Source of the DNA: Lytechinus pictus
Taxonomy: Eukaryota
Reading direction: 5' to 3'
Assembly: GCF_037042905.1 (NCBI RefSeq)
Contig: NC_087256.1
Coordinates: 9,486,001-9,550,000, forward strand
Length of the DNA stretch: 64,000 bases
Below, piece by piece: positions 63,134 to 64,000 of this stretch (positions are counted from its first letter, which is position 1; the number at the start of each line of letters is the position of its first letter). A program made the translations under genes and the position numbers. The notes under the pieces are model-generated. The model was not told where the DNA came from and searched no databases. It was given only the letters and a program-made list of their open reading frames with translations.

Positions 63134-63333
63134 CATGGGGCGGATCTAGCTTTTTCCCAAGGAGGGGGTTTGACCGAGAAATTTGACGAGCAAAAAAATA
63201 AGGGGGGGCTTTACACCAAAATAAAGGTCATTTTGGTACTTAAAAATTTGACACGAGGAGAAAAATGTGTCACTGCCAAATGAATGAAGGGGAAATCACT
63301 ATAAAGTGAAGGTATTATTATTATTATTATTTT

Positions 63334-63365
<32 letters not shown>

Positions 63366-63444
63366 GGCGTCAAATGTCATTACTTTTTTTACTTGGCAGC
63401 CCACGGGGGGGGGGAACCATCTTATCCCCGTAGATCCGCCACTG
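63134..63444. mobile_element. GGCGGATC-type TIR MITE
   Basis: CATGGGGCGGATCTAG ... GTAGATCCGCCACTG. Confidence 0.75.
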
Positions 63445-64000
63445 CTAACTTCCTCGTCTGCTTGTTTTTTATCTTATCAATTATCATATCTTATTTCTTT
63501 TTTTTCCAATATGTCAAGATTTATTACCACATAAGACATTACCAATATTATAAATCAATATCCAAATTTATTCCATGAAACTAGACTCCGTGATTTATTT
63601 TATTTATGGAAATTCATAAACTTTTCAGCCGAAGAAAAATCTTTAAAAAATCCCCTTTTGATTATTTGGAACCAAATACCAGTAATGATAGATTTAATGA
63701 AATATAATGTAACTTTCAGCAATTGCTCAAACTTTATTTGTATTCGGTATAAAAAAATATTTTACCCGGTTTGTTCATCATTTCTTTGCTTGCTGTTGCT
63801 TTTCAGCCCTCTAAATTTGTGATGTCAATTATCTATTCTAATATCCCAATATCATTGTCTTGTTTTTAGTGAGAAATTTTATTTGGAAAAATTCATAGAT
63901 TCAGGCTTTCCCAAAGGTTTTTTTTTCCTTTTGAATTATCTTGTTCGATGAAAATTACTTGTGTGTTACTGCTGCTAACATTTTAATATTTGTACTATGG

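Overview
AT-rich, intron-containing, repeat-dense animal DNA with two assembly N-gaps. The SINE and MITE complement and the gene content suggest an echinoderm, probably a sea urchin (inference). Four intact protein-coding genes can be reconstructed from GT-AG splice sites. One is an 8-exon secreted proteinase K-family (S8A) subtilase with an I9 prodomain (2590-7670, minus strand, 388 aa). The other three form a cluster of 3-exon family-B (secretin/adhesion/Methuselah-like) GPCR paralogs with an N-terminal somatomedin-B-like domain, a long Cys-rich ectodomain and no GPS motif: GPCR1 18285-31170 (-), GPCR2 46347-53547 (-) and GPCR3 56942-61481 (+), the last head-to-head with GPCR2. The rest is mostly transposon debris: Kolobok-, Tc1-, Academ-, Harbinger- and CACT-type MITEs, L2/CR1, RLE-type and Penelope fragments, and tRNA-derived SINEs. 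Highlights: (1) patchwork gene-conversion tracts around a hypervariable ectodomain loop in the GPCRs, plus a 48-nt perfect match between the distant paralogs; (2) a frameshift that toggles a C-terminal PDZ-type motif; (3) a foldback-type element carrying a decayed C2H2 zinc-finger gene; (4) arrays of the GCGCGAAGCGC mini-hairpin motif; (5) an AAMN variant of the protease AAGN motif; (6) a decayed PLC-gamma-like SH2 fragment; (7) a tRNA-like sequence that folds with a UCA anticodon. All identities were judged by eye and no database searches were run.
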